64,000 bases of DNA from Thermoguttaceae bacterium (lineage in GTDB: Bacteria > Planctomycetota > Planctomycetia > Pirellulales > Thermoguttaceae). Below are positions 18,040 through 27,164 of the stretch, piece by piece (within the stretch, counting starts at the first letter, position 1; each line of letters begins with the position of its first letter). Made by a program: the position numbers and the translations under genes. The notes below the pieces were generated by a model that ran no database searches, was not told the origin of the DNA, and saw nothing but the letters and a program-made list of their open reading frames with translations. Where the stretch lies: assembly GCA_017939795.1 (NCBI GenBank), contig JAGBAA010000102.1, positions 1 through 64,000 on the forward strand, in the 5' to 3' direction.

Positions 18040-19938
18040 ATGATCCATGAAATGAAACTTGACGCGAACCTTCTTGCCCGGAAAGAACGGATCCAGCCCG
18101 GATTCTTCTCGACCTGCACGGATGTGGACATTCCGCAGGGGGTGAATGCCGTCGTTTGGGAAAAAGGACAGAATTGCGGCGAGATCGGCGCGGGACGGCA
18201 TCGCATGTCCACTTTTTTGGACAGACTTTTCCTCAAGTCGGACAAAGAGCAGGTCATTTATGCCGTGAATAGTGCATTCTTTCCGATCTCCTATTCCGGA
18301 AAATTCCTCACGAAGGAGTGTGTGGCGGTCGATTGTACTGTTTCGGTGGACTATACGGTAGAGAACCGGTTCCTCTTCCTCAGTAATCTTTTTGGGCCGC
18401 GGGAAACGTACACGAAAGAGGAGTTCAATGCGGATACTCAGGAGATCGTTCTGGCGGCGATCCGCGATTCTATCGTGAAATATGGGGTGAAGGAACTGGC
18501 GGATGAGGAATTTCGACAGTATTTCGTCACGACGCTCGACAGTGCGATCACGACCGTCCTGGGACGATATGGTATCCGTTTCCATGAGGCGCGTATCGTG
18601 TCGCTTTCCTGGGAGGGTATGGATACGCAGAACGAGAGCCGCAGCCGTATCTGGATGACGAAAGAAGGTCAGGCGATCCGCAAAGAGGAATGGGAAGCGG
18701 AAACTCAGGCTCGTCTGGATGAGATCTCTCATGAAGAAAAGGTCAACGATCTCGACATGCTGGCGAAGCAGACGTCTGCGGACCGGCAGGATGCGGAACT
18801 GACGCTTGCGCGTCGGAAGGTGGAGCAGCAGAAGACACTCCGGCAGATCGTTCAGTCGCAGGAATTCGACAAAATCACGACTGAGGCTGAGATGGAACAG
18901 TTCCTTTTCGAGCAGGAAAAGGCGGGACTTCTCCGAGAAAATGAACGGAAAGAGCTTCTTAAGGAGATGGAAAAGCAGAACATCGAGGCAGACAAACGCC
19001 GGGATTTCCTGCTTGCTCAGCTCGACATCCAGATGGAGCGTCAGCTTGAAACGGAAAAGAACGAGTACATTTTCCGTTCCCGCATGACGGCTCTGGAACA
19101 GGAAGAGGCACTGGCACGGAAGGTCGCGTCGATGGAAAATGAAGCGTGGCTGCGTTTCGTGCAGGAAGAAAAAGCAAAACGGATCGAAGAGAAAACGAGT
19201 CTGGTCGAGCAGCTTGGGATCGAGCAGGCGTTCACGGAATTGGAGCTGGAAAAAGCGAATCGTCAGCTTCGCTTTGACCGGATCGATGCCGAGCGTGCGG
19301 CACTCGAGCTGGATACGCAGCTGGCCAGTCGGAAAAGGATGGAAGAGCTGGAGATCGAGATCCAGAACAGGACCTGGACGGATCAGATCGAGAAGACGGC
19401 GGCACTCAATCGATTGAATCGCGAACAGCAGCAGTTTGATCTTGAGGTCTGGGAACGCAAGACGAAGCTGGAAGCGGAGATCGAGCGGACGAAGACGCTG
19501 GATGCCCAGAAATTCGAGCTGGATCGTTTGCGCGTTCTTCAGACTTTTGGAAAAGATGCGGTCCTCTCGATGCTCACGCCGGAACAGGCCGCCGTTTATG
19601 CTTCGGTGAACGCCCCGGCTGGAACGCAGACGGCAGATGCCGCGCGTCTGGAAGTGCTCCAGAAGGCGAAAGACGAGCAGGCTGCGATGATGCAGGATTT
19701 CATGCAGATGCAGGAACGCATGATGGGACAGTTCATGCAGAACATGGCGGCATCCAATGGAAATCAGGCTCCGGTCCAGCCGGTCATCGTGACGGGAACG
19801 GGACAGCCGGTTTACGGCGGTGCAGCAGTTCCCGGATCGACGCCTGCGGAACCGAAGCGGGTCGTCATTTGCCCCGGATGCCGTGCGGAAGTGCAGGAAA
19901 ATGCGAAATTCTGCCTCAACTGCGGTAAAGAACTTTAA
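18040..19938 (+). CDS. SPFH/band-7 (flotillin-like) domain protein with ~350-aa coiled-coil and a C-terminal zinc ribbon
   Basis: N-terminal IPQGVNAVVWEKG…FLTKECVAVDCTVSVDYTVENRF…LRDSIVKYGVKEL…GIRFHEARIVSLSWE fits the SPFH fold pattern. A long E/K/Q/R/L-rich heptad region follows. The C-terminus reads CPGCRAEVQENAKFCLNCGKEL (CxxC…CxxC). The antisense ORF 18025-19950 is a shadow. Confidence 0.75.
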   Translation: MIHEMKLDANLLARKERIQPGFFSTCTDVDIPQGVNAVVWEKGQNCGEIGAGRHRMSTFLDRLFLKSDKEQVIYAVNSAFFPISYSGKFLTKECVAVDCTVSVDYTVENRFLFLSNLFGPRETYTKEEFNADTQEIVLAAIRDSIVKYGVKELADEEFRQYFVTTLDSAITTVLGRYGIRFHEARIVSLSWEGMDTQNESRSRIWMTKEGQAIRKEEWEAETQARLDEISHEEKVNDLDMLAKQTSADRQDAELTLARRKVEQQKTLRQIVQSQEFDKITTEAEMEQFLFEQEKAGLLRENERKELLKEMEKQNIEADKRRDFLLAQLDIQMERQLETEKNEYIFRSRMTALEQEEALARKVASMENEAWLRFVQEEKAKRIEEKTSLVEQLGIEQAFTELELEKANRQLRFDRIDAERAALELDTQLASRKRMEELEIEIQNRTWTDQIEKTAALNRLNREQQQFDLEVWERKTKLEAEIERTKTLDAQKFELDRLRVLQTFGKDAVLSMLTPEQAAVYASVNAPAGTQTADAARLEVLQKAKDEQAAMMQDFMQMQERMMGQFMQNMAASNGNQAPVQPVIVTGTGQPVYGGAAVPGSTPAEPKRVVICPGCRAEVQENAKFCLNCGKEL

Positions 19939-20023
19939 GCTGCGCTGCAATTTGCGGCATGAGAGAACTTTTCAGTCCCTGGAGTTTTCGCGAGATCCGG
20001 GGGCTGAGGTTTTTTAAGGAGCA

Positions 20024-21670
20024 TTGAATCAAATGATTAACGAGCAGAAGGATGATTTTCTGTTGATCAAAGTGGACTGGAACGGGAAACTTGAACCCGG
20101 GGGAGCACTCTCTCCCAAGTTTACGTTCAGCGGCATCGGACTTGGGTATCCGGTGAGTGTTTCGTGCAAACTGGAGCACTTTAAGACAGAAGGATGGGAT
20201 GAAGAGCCGGTGATGTATCCCGTCACTGGCGGTATGGGATGGTATTTTCAGCAGCCGATGACGATCCCGGAGAATGTTGCTCCAGGGACGTATTTCATCG
20301 AAGTTGATGCCATTTTTCAAAAAGAAGATCCGTATCTTCCGGGATCCGTTCAGGAGATCAGCTATCATGCGCCGATCGAGTTTGAGATCCGCCAGAATAA
20401 GAGGAACGAACCGTTGGTCATTCGGGCGACTGGGAATGCCGTCATCAACACGCAGGGAATGGACTGGAACCGCTACGAACGCGAGATCGTGATCGAGGCG
20501 GATAAAAATGCGATCGTGAATCTGTCGCGGAATCAACTTTTGGATCCCTCCCAACCTGCCCCTTCTCCGGCAGATCGCGGTGAGACGGATGGCAATACGG
20601 AACCGTGGCTTTTCAAATTCGAGCCGATCGATATTGGAGTGAATCCTCCGCCGCGCGACACGCTTCTTTTGACGGCGGAAGTGGACGAAAAAACGTATTT
20701 CTACCACATCTGTGCGAAACCGGAGATCATTCTGGGACGCGGACCCAAGAAGCAGAATATCGATTTCGTCTATCGATTTTATCGCGAGTCGAATGATGAT
20801 GTCGATGCGGGCTGTGCGAGTCAGCTTTTTTCGAGAAGCCATCTGAAGCTTCGGGTCGGAAAAGATCTTGCCTTTACGTCCTCCGGTAAATGGGGAACTG
20901 AACTGATTTGCCATACTCCGGGGAATCAGTCGGAAAAATATTCTCTTTTGAAGGGAGTCGTGAATTCGCAGTATGCAGTTTCCGATCTGAAAACGAAGAG
21001 TCTGGAGATCATCCTTTCGCAAAGCGGCCATTTGGAGATGAAAGGATACTGCGATGCCGGGACGGAGCGTCTTGGGGAGATACTTCAGAGGGAGGCGAAA
21101 AATACGATGGACGTGAATCTATTTTGGAGGAAAGGAACGGATGCCGGAGTTGATGTGCTGGTTCTGAAACGTTTGAAAAAACTGACGTTCGATTTCGAGA
21201 GAGTCCGGAAGGCTGCGGAAAATATGAAGCTCGATTTTGAGAAAACGTGCTGGCATGAGGATCCGTATTGCGATACGGACAGGTACCTCTTCATCTTGCG
21301 TGCTGCGCTGATCGGGACGGCAAGCGGCTCGATCGCACCTCCCGGAGCGGCGGGAATGAATCTCCGTCATGCTGCCGTCTACTTTTACGAAGGGCGGTTT
21401 GGTCTCGTAAACTACGACATGAATCCGTTTAAGTACCGGGTACAGGGGACTGTGCGTTCGCTGCGAAACGGAGCGCGTACTCGTCTGGTGCCGGGGATGA
21501 CGTTCGAGATCGGAAACGTGAAGTTCCACGTCTACGAGAGCTACTGCTCGTGGCTCAAAATGCAGCGAAACATCCGCAAGCAGAAGGAAAACGAGAAGGC
21601 GGTTGCCGAGCGTCGGGAAACGCTTTCGCAAATGCCGTCGGCAGAGAACGTCTCTCAGGCGACGCTTTAA
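20024..21670 (+). CDS. FHA-domain-containing protein (one clear FHA, a possible second degenerate FHA-like C-terminal module)
   Basis: …EIILGRGPKKQNIDFVYRF…SRSHLKLRVGKDLAFTSSGKWGTELI… matches the FHA signature (GR…SR.H). A second module VYFYEGRFGLVNYDMNPFKYRVQGTVRSLRNGARTRLVPGMTFEIGNVKF resembles FHA C-terminal strands. Confidence 0.7.
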   Translation: MNQMINEQKDDFLLIKVDWNGKLEPGGALSPKFTFSGIGLGYPVSVSCKLEHFKTEGWDEEPVMYPVTGGMGWYFQQPMTIPENVAPGTYFIEVDAIFQKEDPYLPGSVQEISYHAPIEFEIRQNKRNEPLVIRATGNAVINTQGMDWNRYEREIVIEADKNAIVNLSRNQLLDPSQPAPSPADRGETDGNTEPWLFKFEPIDIGVNPPPRDTLLLTAEVDEKTYFYHICAKPEIILGRGPKKQNIDFVYRFYRESNDDVDAGCASQLFSRSHLKLRVGKDLAFTSSGKWGTELICHTPGNQSEKYSLLKGVVNSQYAVSDLKTKSLEIILSQSGHLEMKGYCDAGTERLGEILQREAKNTMDVNLFWRKGTDAGVDVLVLKRLKKLTFDFERVRKAAENMKLDFEKTCWHEDPYCDTDRYLFILRAALIGTASGSIAPPGAAGMNLRHAAVYFYEGRFGLVNYDMNPFKYRVQGTVRSLRNGARTRLVPGMTFEIGNVKFHVYESYCSWLKMQRNIRKQKENEKAVAERRETLSQMPSAENVSQATL

Positions 21671-21705
21671 GTTTTCGAGGGTGAGAGACACAATCGGGAT
21701 AAAAA

Positions 21706-21740
21706 CGGGAACCGCCAGTGAAGACGGTTCCTTTTTTTGT
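21706..21740 (+). terminator. Rho-independent terminator after the FHA gene
   Basis: gggaaccgcc-agtgaaga-cggttcc hairpin followed by tttttttg. Confidence 0.65.
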
Positions 21741-21799
21741 GAAGTACGTGTTTCATGGGGGCGTTCATTTTTTATGGAACGCCGGCAAAGATGGGAAGG

Positions 21800-22936
21800 T
21801 CAGAGACCGAGCACCTTGCGCATGACGGGTTCCATGGCGTTGGCCTGCCAGTAGAATCCGTAGTCGTTCGGATGCGAATTGTCGACGGTGCCTTCTCCAT
21901 CCGGCGGGAGCAGAATATCGCCCTCAATGTACGAGAGTCCCTGGATTCCAGCGTCGAGCATTCTCTGGTACTCTTTTTTCATGGCGGCGTGGTTGGCGTT
22001 ATGGTAGTTTTGGCGCTCTTCATTGATCCAGGATACCGGGAAACGGCGGTCTTCCACGAGGATGATCGGCGTGTCGGGGCGTTTTTCACGCAGACGTTTC
22101 ACGAAATTGAACGCACGTTCCGTCACGAGGATCGGCTGCATATTGGGGAGACAGTCCAGAACGTAGACGCACGGATCAAGTTCCGCGAAGGCATCTGCCA
22201 TGACTTCTTCCATTTTTCCGCATCCGGAGAAACCGAAGTTCCAGTGCGGAATATCGAGTCGGCGGGAAAGGATGGCCGGATGCGGCATTCCGGGACGCGA
22301 CGCGCACGCACCATGGCAGATCGATGTACCGTAAAAGAGGATCGGTTTTTTCGTGACCGGCACGATGGAGAAAGAACTTCCTTCCGTGACGCCGATCTCC
22401 GCTTTCACTACCCCATTATAGAGCGGGAAGTACATGATGTACTCGCGTTCCTTTCCATCGTCCGGGATCCCCGTGCCGATGAGTACCTCTGCTTTCTTTC
22501 CTTTTTGGACGGCATTGACGTAACGCCAGGTCCCTTTTTCGTCGCGGCAATAGAGGTCGAAACCGCTTACTCCGACCTGCGCCATGTGCCACATGCTGAG
22601 ATTTGCCCGGGTGTTTTCGTATCGGATCCAGATCTGGCGCGAATTCGTTTTGAAGTGTGCCGCCATGCCTGCCGAGTGAAGCGCATTTCCGCGGACACCG
22701 CCAGGGATCTTTTCCATCCAGCGTTTGGGGAATCGGTCGTACGGGCGGAGACGTTCTTCATTTTCCCACGCACGGCCTTCAAGAGGCAGTTTTTCGAAAT
22801 CGAACCACGTTTTGCCGTCCGCAGTGCTTGAGGGGGGCAGCGGCACCGCAGTGTCTGCACTCGTCATCCCAGAATTCAGAGCGAGTCCCGCTGCGCTTCC
22901 AGCCAGGACGGTACGCAAAAAATCACGTCGAAACAT
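21800..22936 (-). CDS. Tat-exported SGNH/GDSL-family hydrolase (probable carbohydrate esterase)
   Basis: Twin-arginine signal MFRRDFLRTVLAGSAAGLAL. GTSICHG resembles the block I GDS(L) nucleophile region; DCLPN and C-terminal NSHPND match the DxxH catalytic block. Confidence 0.7.
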   Translation of the reverse strand: MFRRDFLRTVLAGSAAGLALNSGMTSADTAVPLPPSSTADGKTWFDFEKLPLEGRAWENEERLRPYDRFPKRWMEKIPGGVRGNALHSAGMAAHFKTNSRQIWIRYENTRANLSMWHMAQVGVSGFDLYCRDEKGTWRYVNAVQKGKKAEVLIGTGIPDDGKEREYIMYFPLYNGVVKAEIGVTEGSSFSIVPVTKKPILFYGTSICHGACASRPGMPHPAILSRRLDIPHWNFGFSGCGKMEEVMADAFAELDPCVYVLDCLPNMQPILVTERAFNFVKRLREKRPDTPIILVEDRRFPVSWINEERQNYHNANHAAMKKEYQRMLDAGIQGLSYIEGDILLPPDGEGTVDNSHPNDYGFYWQANAMEPVMRKVLGL

Positions 22937-23073
22937 GGAATTTCTCCTTTTCTTATCTTGGGAAGGTTAAATTGAGGGGGGATCTTTAGGGACTGACTTT
23001 TTATAAATTGCAGCCTCCGCCTTCTGCGTGAGTCGGTACAGAAGGCGGAAAACTGGTTTGCAGAATGTAGAAT

Positions 23074-24511
23074 TTACTGGACCATGCAGATCATTTCCTG
23101 TTTTTGGCCGTTTTTGTCCGTCCAGGAAAGCTGGTATTTGCCGCGGAATCCTCGGAACTGAACGTTCCCATTTGCGTCAGCATGGACCGTCAGGTTTGTC
23201 TTCCATTCATGGTTCAGAAGCTGATCCAAGGCGAACCAGACTGGTTTCTTTTTCAGATTCGTATCAAGAAGACCCGAAATGGTAGGTTCTCCCGGAGCCG
23301 CACCGCCGTCAATGGCATTCCACCACGTGACTGCATCTACATGCTGATGTGCAAAGAAGAGACGATAAATATTCCGAGCGAGAATAGCCTGGATCATACG
23401 TCCTTTTTCGTCGTCGCTTGGGGCGGAAATGGTGATCTCACTCACATGGAGCGGACGTTCCGTCTCCACCAGAGTGTCAAGGACCGCATTCAGTTTTTCT
23501 GGTGTGTGGCTATCCTCACCATCGGCAATCTTTTGGCTCTTTGGCATACTGAAGATGTGCATTTGGACGCCGGTCAAGTCAACTTTCGCACCACGATCGA
23601 TCAAATCGCGGACGATTTCAACATAACGCCGATTGGGTCCCCAGCTCATGTCGCATTCATTTGCGGAAAGACGGACCGATTCCGGAAAGTATTTTTTGGC
23701 CCATTCAAAGGTTTTGAACGTGTAGTCATCTGGCATAAGGCCCCGATTTGCCTGATTGATGCATTCGTTGACGACGTCCCACTCATGAATTCGGCTTCCG
23801 TAGCGTTCTGCCAACTCGCGAACACGTTTTTCGAAAAGCGGTTCCATTGCTTTTCGATCTTCCGGCATCCATTCCGGATGTCCCCAGCGGCGCATTCCAT
23901 AAATAATGGCGTGTCCGTGGATATTCAGGCCGCGTTTTTCGAGGAAATCGACAACAAAATCGGTCGGCGGCCGACGCCAGTGCGGTTCATTCCATGGTTC
24001 GGCGAGAGAAGCCCAGTATTCCGGTCTATCTTTTTCTGTCATCGTGTAACGCGGTTTTCCTGGTTCCGGTTCCATGGTTTTCCAGTAAAATGCAACGGAT
24101 GCCGAGTTGAAGAGCGGGCCAAAGAGATCAGCGTAACGTTGATTCCGTTCCGGAGAGCCAAGCTGACCGAGAAGGAAAATGTTACTTCCGAAGCGGAATT
24201 GATTGGATAGCTGGCGAACACAGACTTCTGTACCGGGAGCTGCATTTTCGAGCGTGAATTTTGCATCTGCCTTGCGATATTTTTCGATTTTCTCGTCGAT
24301 TTCTTGCTGCACATCAGAATTCCAGAAATTTAGATACTCTTTGGACATAATGGACTCGTCCGGAATTCTCTGGTTGGCAGCTCCGGCATCGGATGCCTCG
24401 GCGGTGCTGTTTGCTTTGGCCCTTCCGGTTTGAAGCATGTTCAGAGAGGCACAAAGTGCTCCAGCACCAAGGAGCTGGTGGAAATTTCGACGGGACAGGT
24501 GGATACTCATT
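23074..24511 (-). CDS. Glycoside hydrolase family 10 endo-1,4-beta-xylanase, Tat signal
   Basis: WDVVNE catalytic acid/base motif and a VSEITIS nucleophile-region motif. N-terminal SRRNFHQLLGAGALCAS is a twin-arginine signal. Start MSIHLSRRNF at 24511; the track ORF extends to 24609. Confidence 0.85.
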
Positions 24512-24753
24512 ACGTATTTCCCTTTCAATTCATAATATTTTGAGGAATGTTCCTGTATTTTGAACGTTGGAAAAAGAATTTTTCCGAGACGAAAACAGGT
24601 CTTTGCCAAAAATACAATAAAGTTATTTTATCTTATTTTTGTAATATTTGCAAGCCCCTGCGTCCATTTTTTCCAGATTTTTTGAGAAAATAAAATTGGG
24701 CAGGGGATGGAATGGACCATAACATATTGTGGAAATTTTCTGCATTGGGAAAA

Positions 24754-25808
24754 CTATAGAGCCGTCTTGCCGTTTGGATAAACTCCGTCTTTGATAAACG
24801 ATTCATCGTATCGGTCCATCTGGAGGTCATCGACCCGTACATTTTCCTCACCGTCGCGTGTATTCATCGCCAGCACGATGTACGTAAGTGCCCGCGTTGA
24901 GATCAGTCTGGCAGAGCCGTCCATGAATGCTGAGTGCATCCCGGCAGTGTGGAATCCGTAGAATCCCTCATTTGAATAGTTGATGATGTTGTCTCGTTCC
25001 CGCAGAAATGCCGGGATCTGCGTCACCGGAGCACCAGCCCAAAGGGAACGGAAGGCCTGAGCGGTCTGTGTGGATTCCTTTTTCTGTTCTTTCCAGAGAT
25101 CCGGCCGTCCTGCCTGCTCGTTCACGATGATGGTTTGGCTGACGCCGTCTTCCGCATCTGCCGAGAGCCGTTTGTTGACCTCCAGCGGATTGCCGTAAAC
25201 GTCCGTCCTTCCATACTCGCTGACCGGAACACCGCCGGAGTGGACGAAATAGTCGGACGCACTGCCTTCGATGGAACGTGATTTTCCTGTCAGATCAAAT
25301 TTTGCCTGAATGAGACGTTTTTTGTTCGGTGTACTGGGGCAGAGAAAAGATCCCATGTGCCGTTTTATGAGGTACTGATTATTGCCCTCGAAGTAGTGGG
25401 CATCTTCTGTCCAGTCCTTCACGAAATTCTCAGCATCCAGGTGCGGAAGCAGATCGATCGCCCAGCCGCGCTGGACGGGAGTCGTCGAATAGCTCGGAGG
25501 CAGAAGCCCGCCATGGACTGTCGCGTATTCCATGAACGCAAGTGCCAGCTGTTTCTGATTGTTCAGGCAGGACGCTTTGCGCGCAGCCTCACGCGCCATT
25601 TGGACGGCTGGAACCGTCAGGCCGATGAGGACTCCGATGATGGAAACGACGACGAGAAGCTCGATCAGCGTAAAGCCCCGGACACATACCCCCCCCGGAC
25701 ACGACCTATCCGGACACGACCTATCCGGACACTGTTCCCCAGCATACGGCCCGAAATTCAGGACGTCTTCTGAAAAAAGGAGTTCAGGATGGAGTTCTGT
25801 ATTTCTCA
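24754..25808 (-). CDS. DUF1559 protein with prepilin-type N-terminal cleavage/methylation domain (pseudopilin-like); unusually long leader
   Basis: [20 protein letters not shown]…[25 protein letters not shown] is the class-III signal/DUF1559 signature. The ATG at 25808 gives a ~43-aa leader containing a [12 protein letters not shown] repeat and a G8 tract. Confidence 0.8.
25689..25732. repeat. C8/G8 homopolymer (25689-25696) followed by a 15-nt tandem repeat ccggacacgacctat x2.5, inside the 5' coding leader of the pseudopilin gene
   Basis: Direct reading of the sequence. On the coding strand the repeat encodes [10 protein letters not shown] and is followed by GGGGGGGG. Confidence 0.8.
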
Positions 25809-26000
25809 TGGTTCTTTCATTCCTTGAAAAGTGAGGCGAATGTGCATCGAGTATACATCGAAACGCCGACGGGAGGCGTTTTGTGGATGAAATGTCGGCG
25901 TTTCGTGTAGGGGGCAGCCTGTCCTGAAAAGAGACGGGCCTCATTTTTGGATCTGCTGAGCCTGGTCAACTGTGTTGGGTAATTTCCCAGGTTGATCTCG

Positions 26001-27062
26001 TCAGGTCCCGTCCGGGTAGCCGCCGTTGGAATTTTTCCAGTCGTCCGTCCAGCTCGTGCGGGTCGAGTCTTCCTGCGTGACTGCCTGACCGTCATCCGGC
26101 GCAGAGAGGTAATTGTAGACGAGCGGAATGATGTTTTCGTTCACGAAACGCACGGAACCGTCGGCGAATTGGGCATTTGCTCCGGCTGCGTGGAAGGAGT
26201 ATGGTGCGGAACCGGAGTTCGTGACGTTCAGGAGTCGGCGGGCCGCCACATTCGAGTACGCATCCGCGACGGGGACTCCCGCAGTTCGGGCCGGCTGAGT
26301 CCAGGAACCGTCATCGTTTTTCAGGTAGGTCCAGTAAATGGCCGTTCCACCGGTGGAGGCTCCTCCGTGACCTGCCGGCGAGGAGTTCCAGCCGACCCAG
26401 CAGAACGCGGACTTTTCGACCGTGCCGGTCAACTTTTTGTCCCAGTACAGGTTGGGCTGGCCTGCGTGTTCATGGTAGATGATCGTGTTGGAGAGACCAT
26501 CCGTGAGATTGTCCACCGGAACCAGTCCGTCTTTTCCTCCGCCCAGCGGCGTGGAGTAGGAGTAGCCGTCTTCCGCGTCTACTTTTTTATGGATGAGCGA
26601 GTAGTCCGCCGCCACCGCAGTGTAGCCGCTTTCCGTTTTGGAAGAGTAGGTCATCGTGCGGTTGCCTCGGGCCAGCGGTGAGGCAGGGCACAGTACGCAC
26701 GGCGGGATGGAGAGGCGGAACCGCCGGTTCTTTTCGTCCCCCATCGAAACGGTGGGATCCCACAGTTTATGGATGTTCGACGCTTCCAGGAACGGAAGAA
26801 GCTCAACGAAAACACCGCGTGCCGTTTTTCGGGCGGATGTGTTCTGGTGATTGTTCGGGAACCCGCCGTACGCGTGTTCGTAGTTGGCCAGCGCGAGACC
26901 GATCTGTTTCATGTTGTTCGAGCACTGCGATTTTCGGGCCGCTCCGCGTGCCATGTTGACGGCAGGAAGAAGCATCGCCATGAGGACACCGATGATCAGA
27001 ATAACGACCAGAAGCTCAACGAGCGTGAAGCCTTTTCGGCTGAATGGATTGATTTTCGACAT
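26001..27062 (-). CDS. DUF1559 protein with prepilin-type N-terminal cleavage/methylation domain (pseudopilin-like)
   Basis: [58 protein letters not shown]; typical short leader. Confidence 0.85.
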   Translation of the reverse strand: MSKINPFSRKGFTLVELLVVILIIGVLMAMLLPAVNMARGAARKSQCSNNMKQIGLALANYEHAYGGFPNNHQNTSARKTARGVFVELLPFLEASNIHKLWDPTVSMGDEKNRRFRLSIPPCVLCPASPLARGNRTMTYSSKTESGYTAVAADYSLIHKKVDAEDGYSYSTPLGGGKDGLVPVDNLTDGLSNTIIYHEHAGQPNLYWDKKLTGTVEKSAFCWVGWNSSPAGHGGASTGGTAIYWTYLKNDDGSWTQPARTAGVPVADAYSNVAARRLLNVTNSGSAPYSFHAAGANAQFADGSVRFVNENIIPLVYNYLSAPDDGQAVTQEDSTRTSWTDDWKNSNGGYPDGT

Positions 27063-27164
27063 GATTTTTTCCTTTTTATGTTGAGGGAAGGGACTCTTCC
27101 CATGTTTTTTGAATTTGGATGAAATTTCGAAGGTTTTCTGAACTTTGGATCTTTTGCCGTTCTT

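Noticed and set aside
18025-19950. 641-aa minus-strand ORF covering the SPFH/coiled-coil gene
   Set aside because: Extreme R/L/F/H-rich low complexity, the expected antisense image of an E/K/Q-rich coiled coil. No start context.
19916-21031. 371-aa minus-strand ORF overlapping the FHA gene
   Set aside because: Shadow ORF, R/I/L/F-rich. The + strand has an FHA signature and is co-directional with its operon partners.
21755-22831. 358-aa + strand ORF antisense to the SGNH hydrolase
   Set aside because: The minus strand has a Tat signal and SGNH catalytic blocks.
23104-24210. 368-aa + strand ORF antisense to GH10
   Set aside because: The minus strand carries the WDVVNE GH10 motif and a Tat signal.
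27090-27106. Hairpin gggaag-ggact-cttccc between the pseudopilin and ABC permease genes
   Set aside because: The U-tract follows on the + strand only, while both neighbouring genes are on the minus strand, so it is unlikely to be their terminator.
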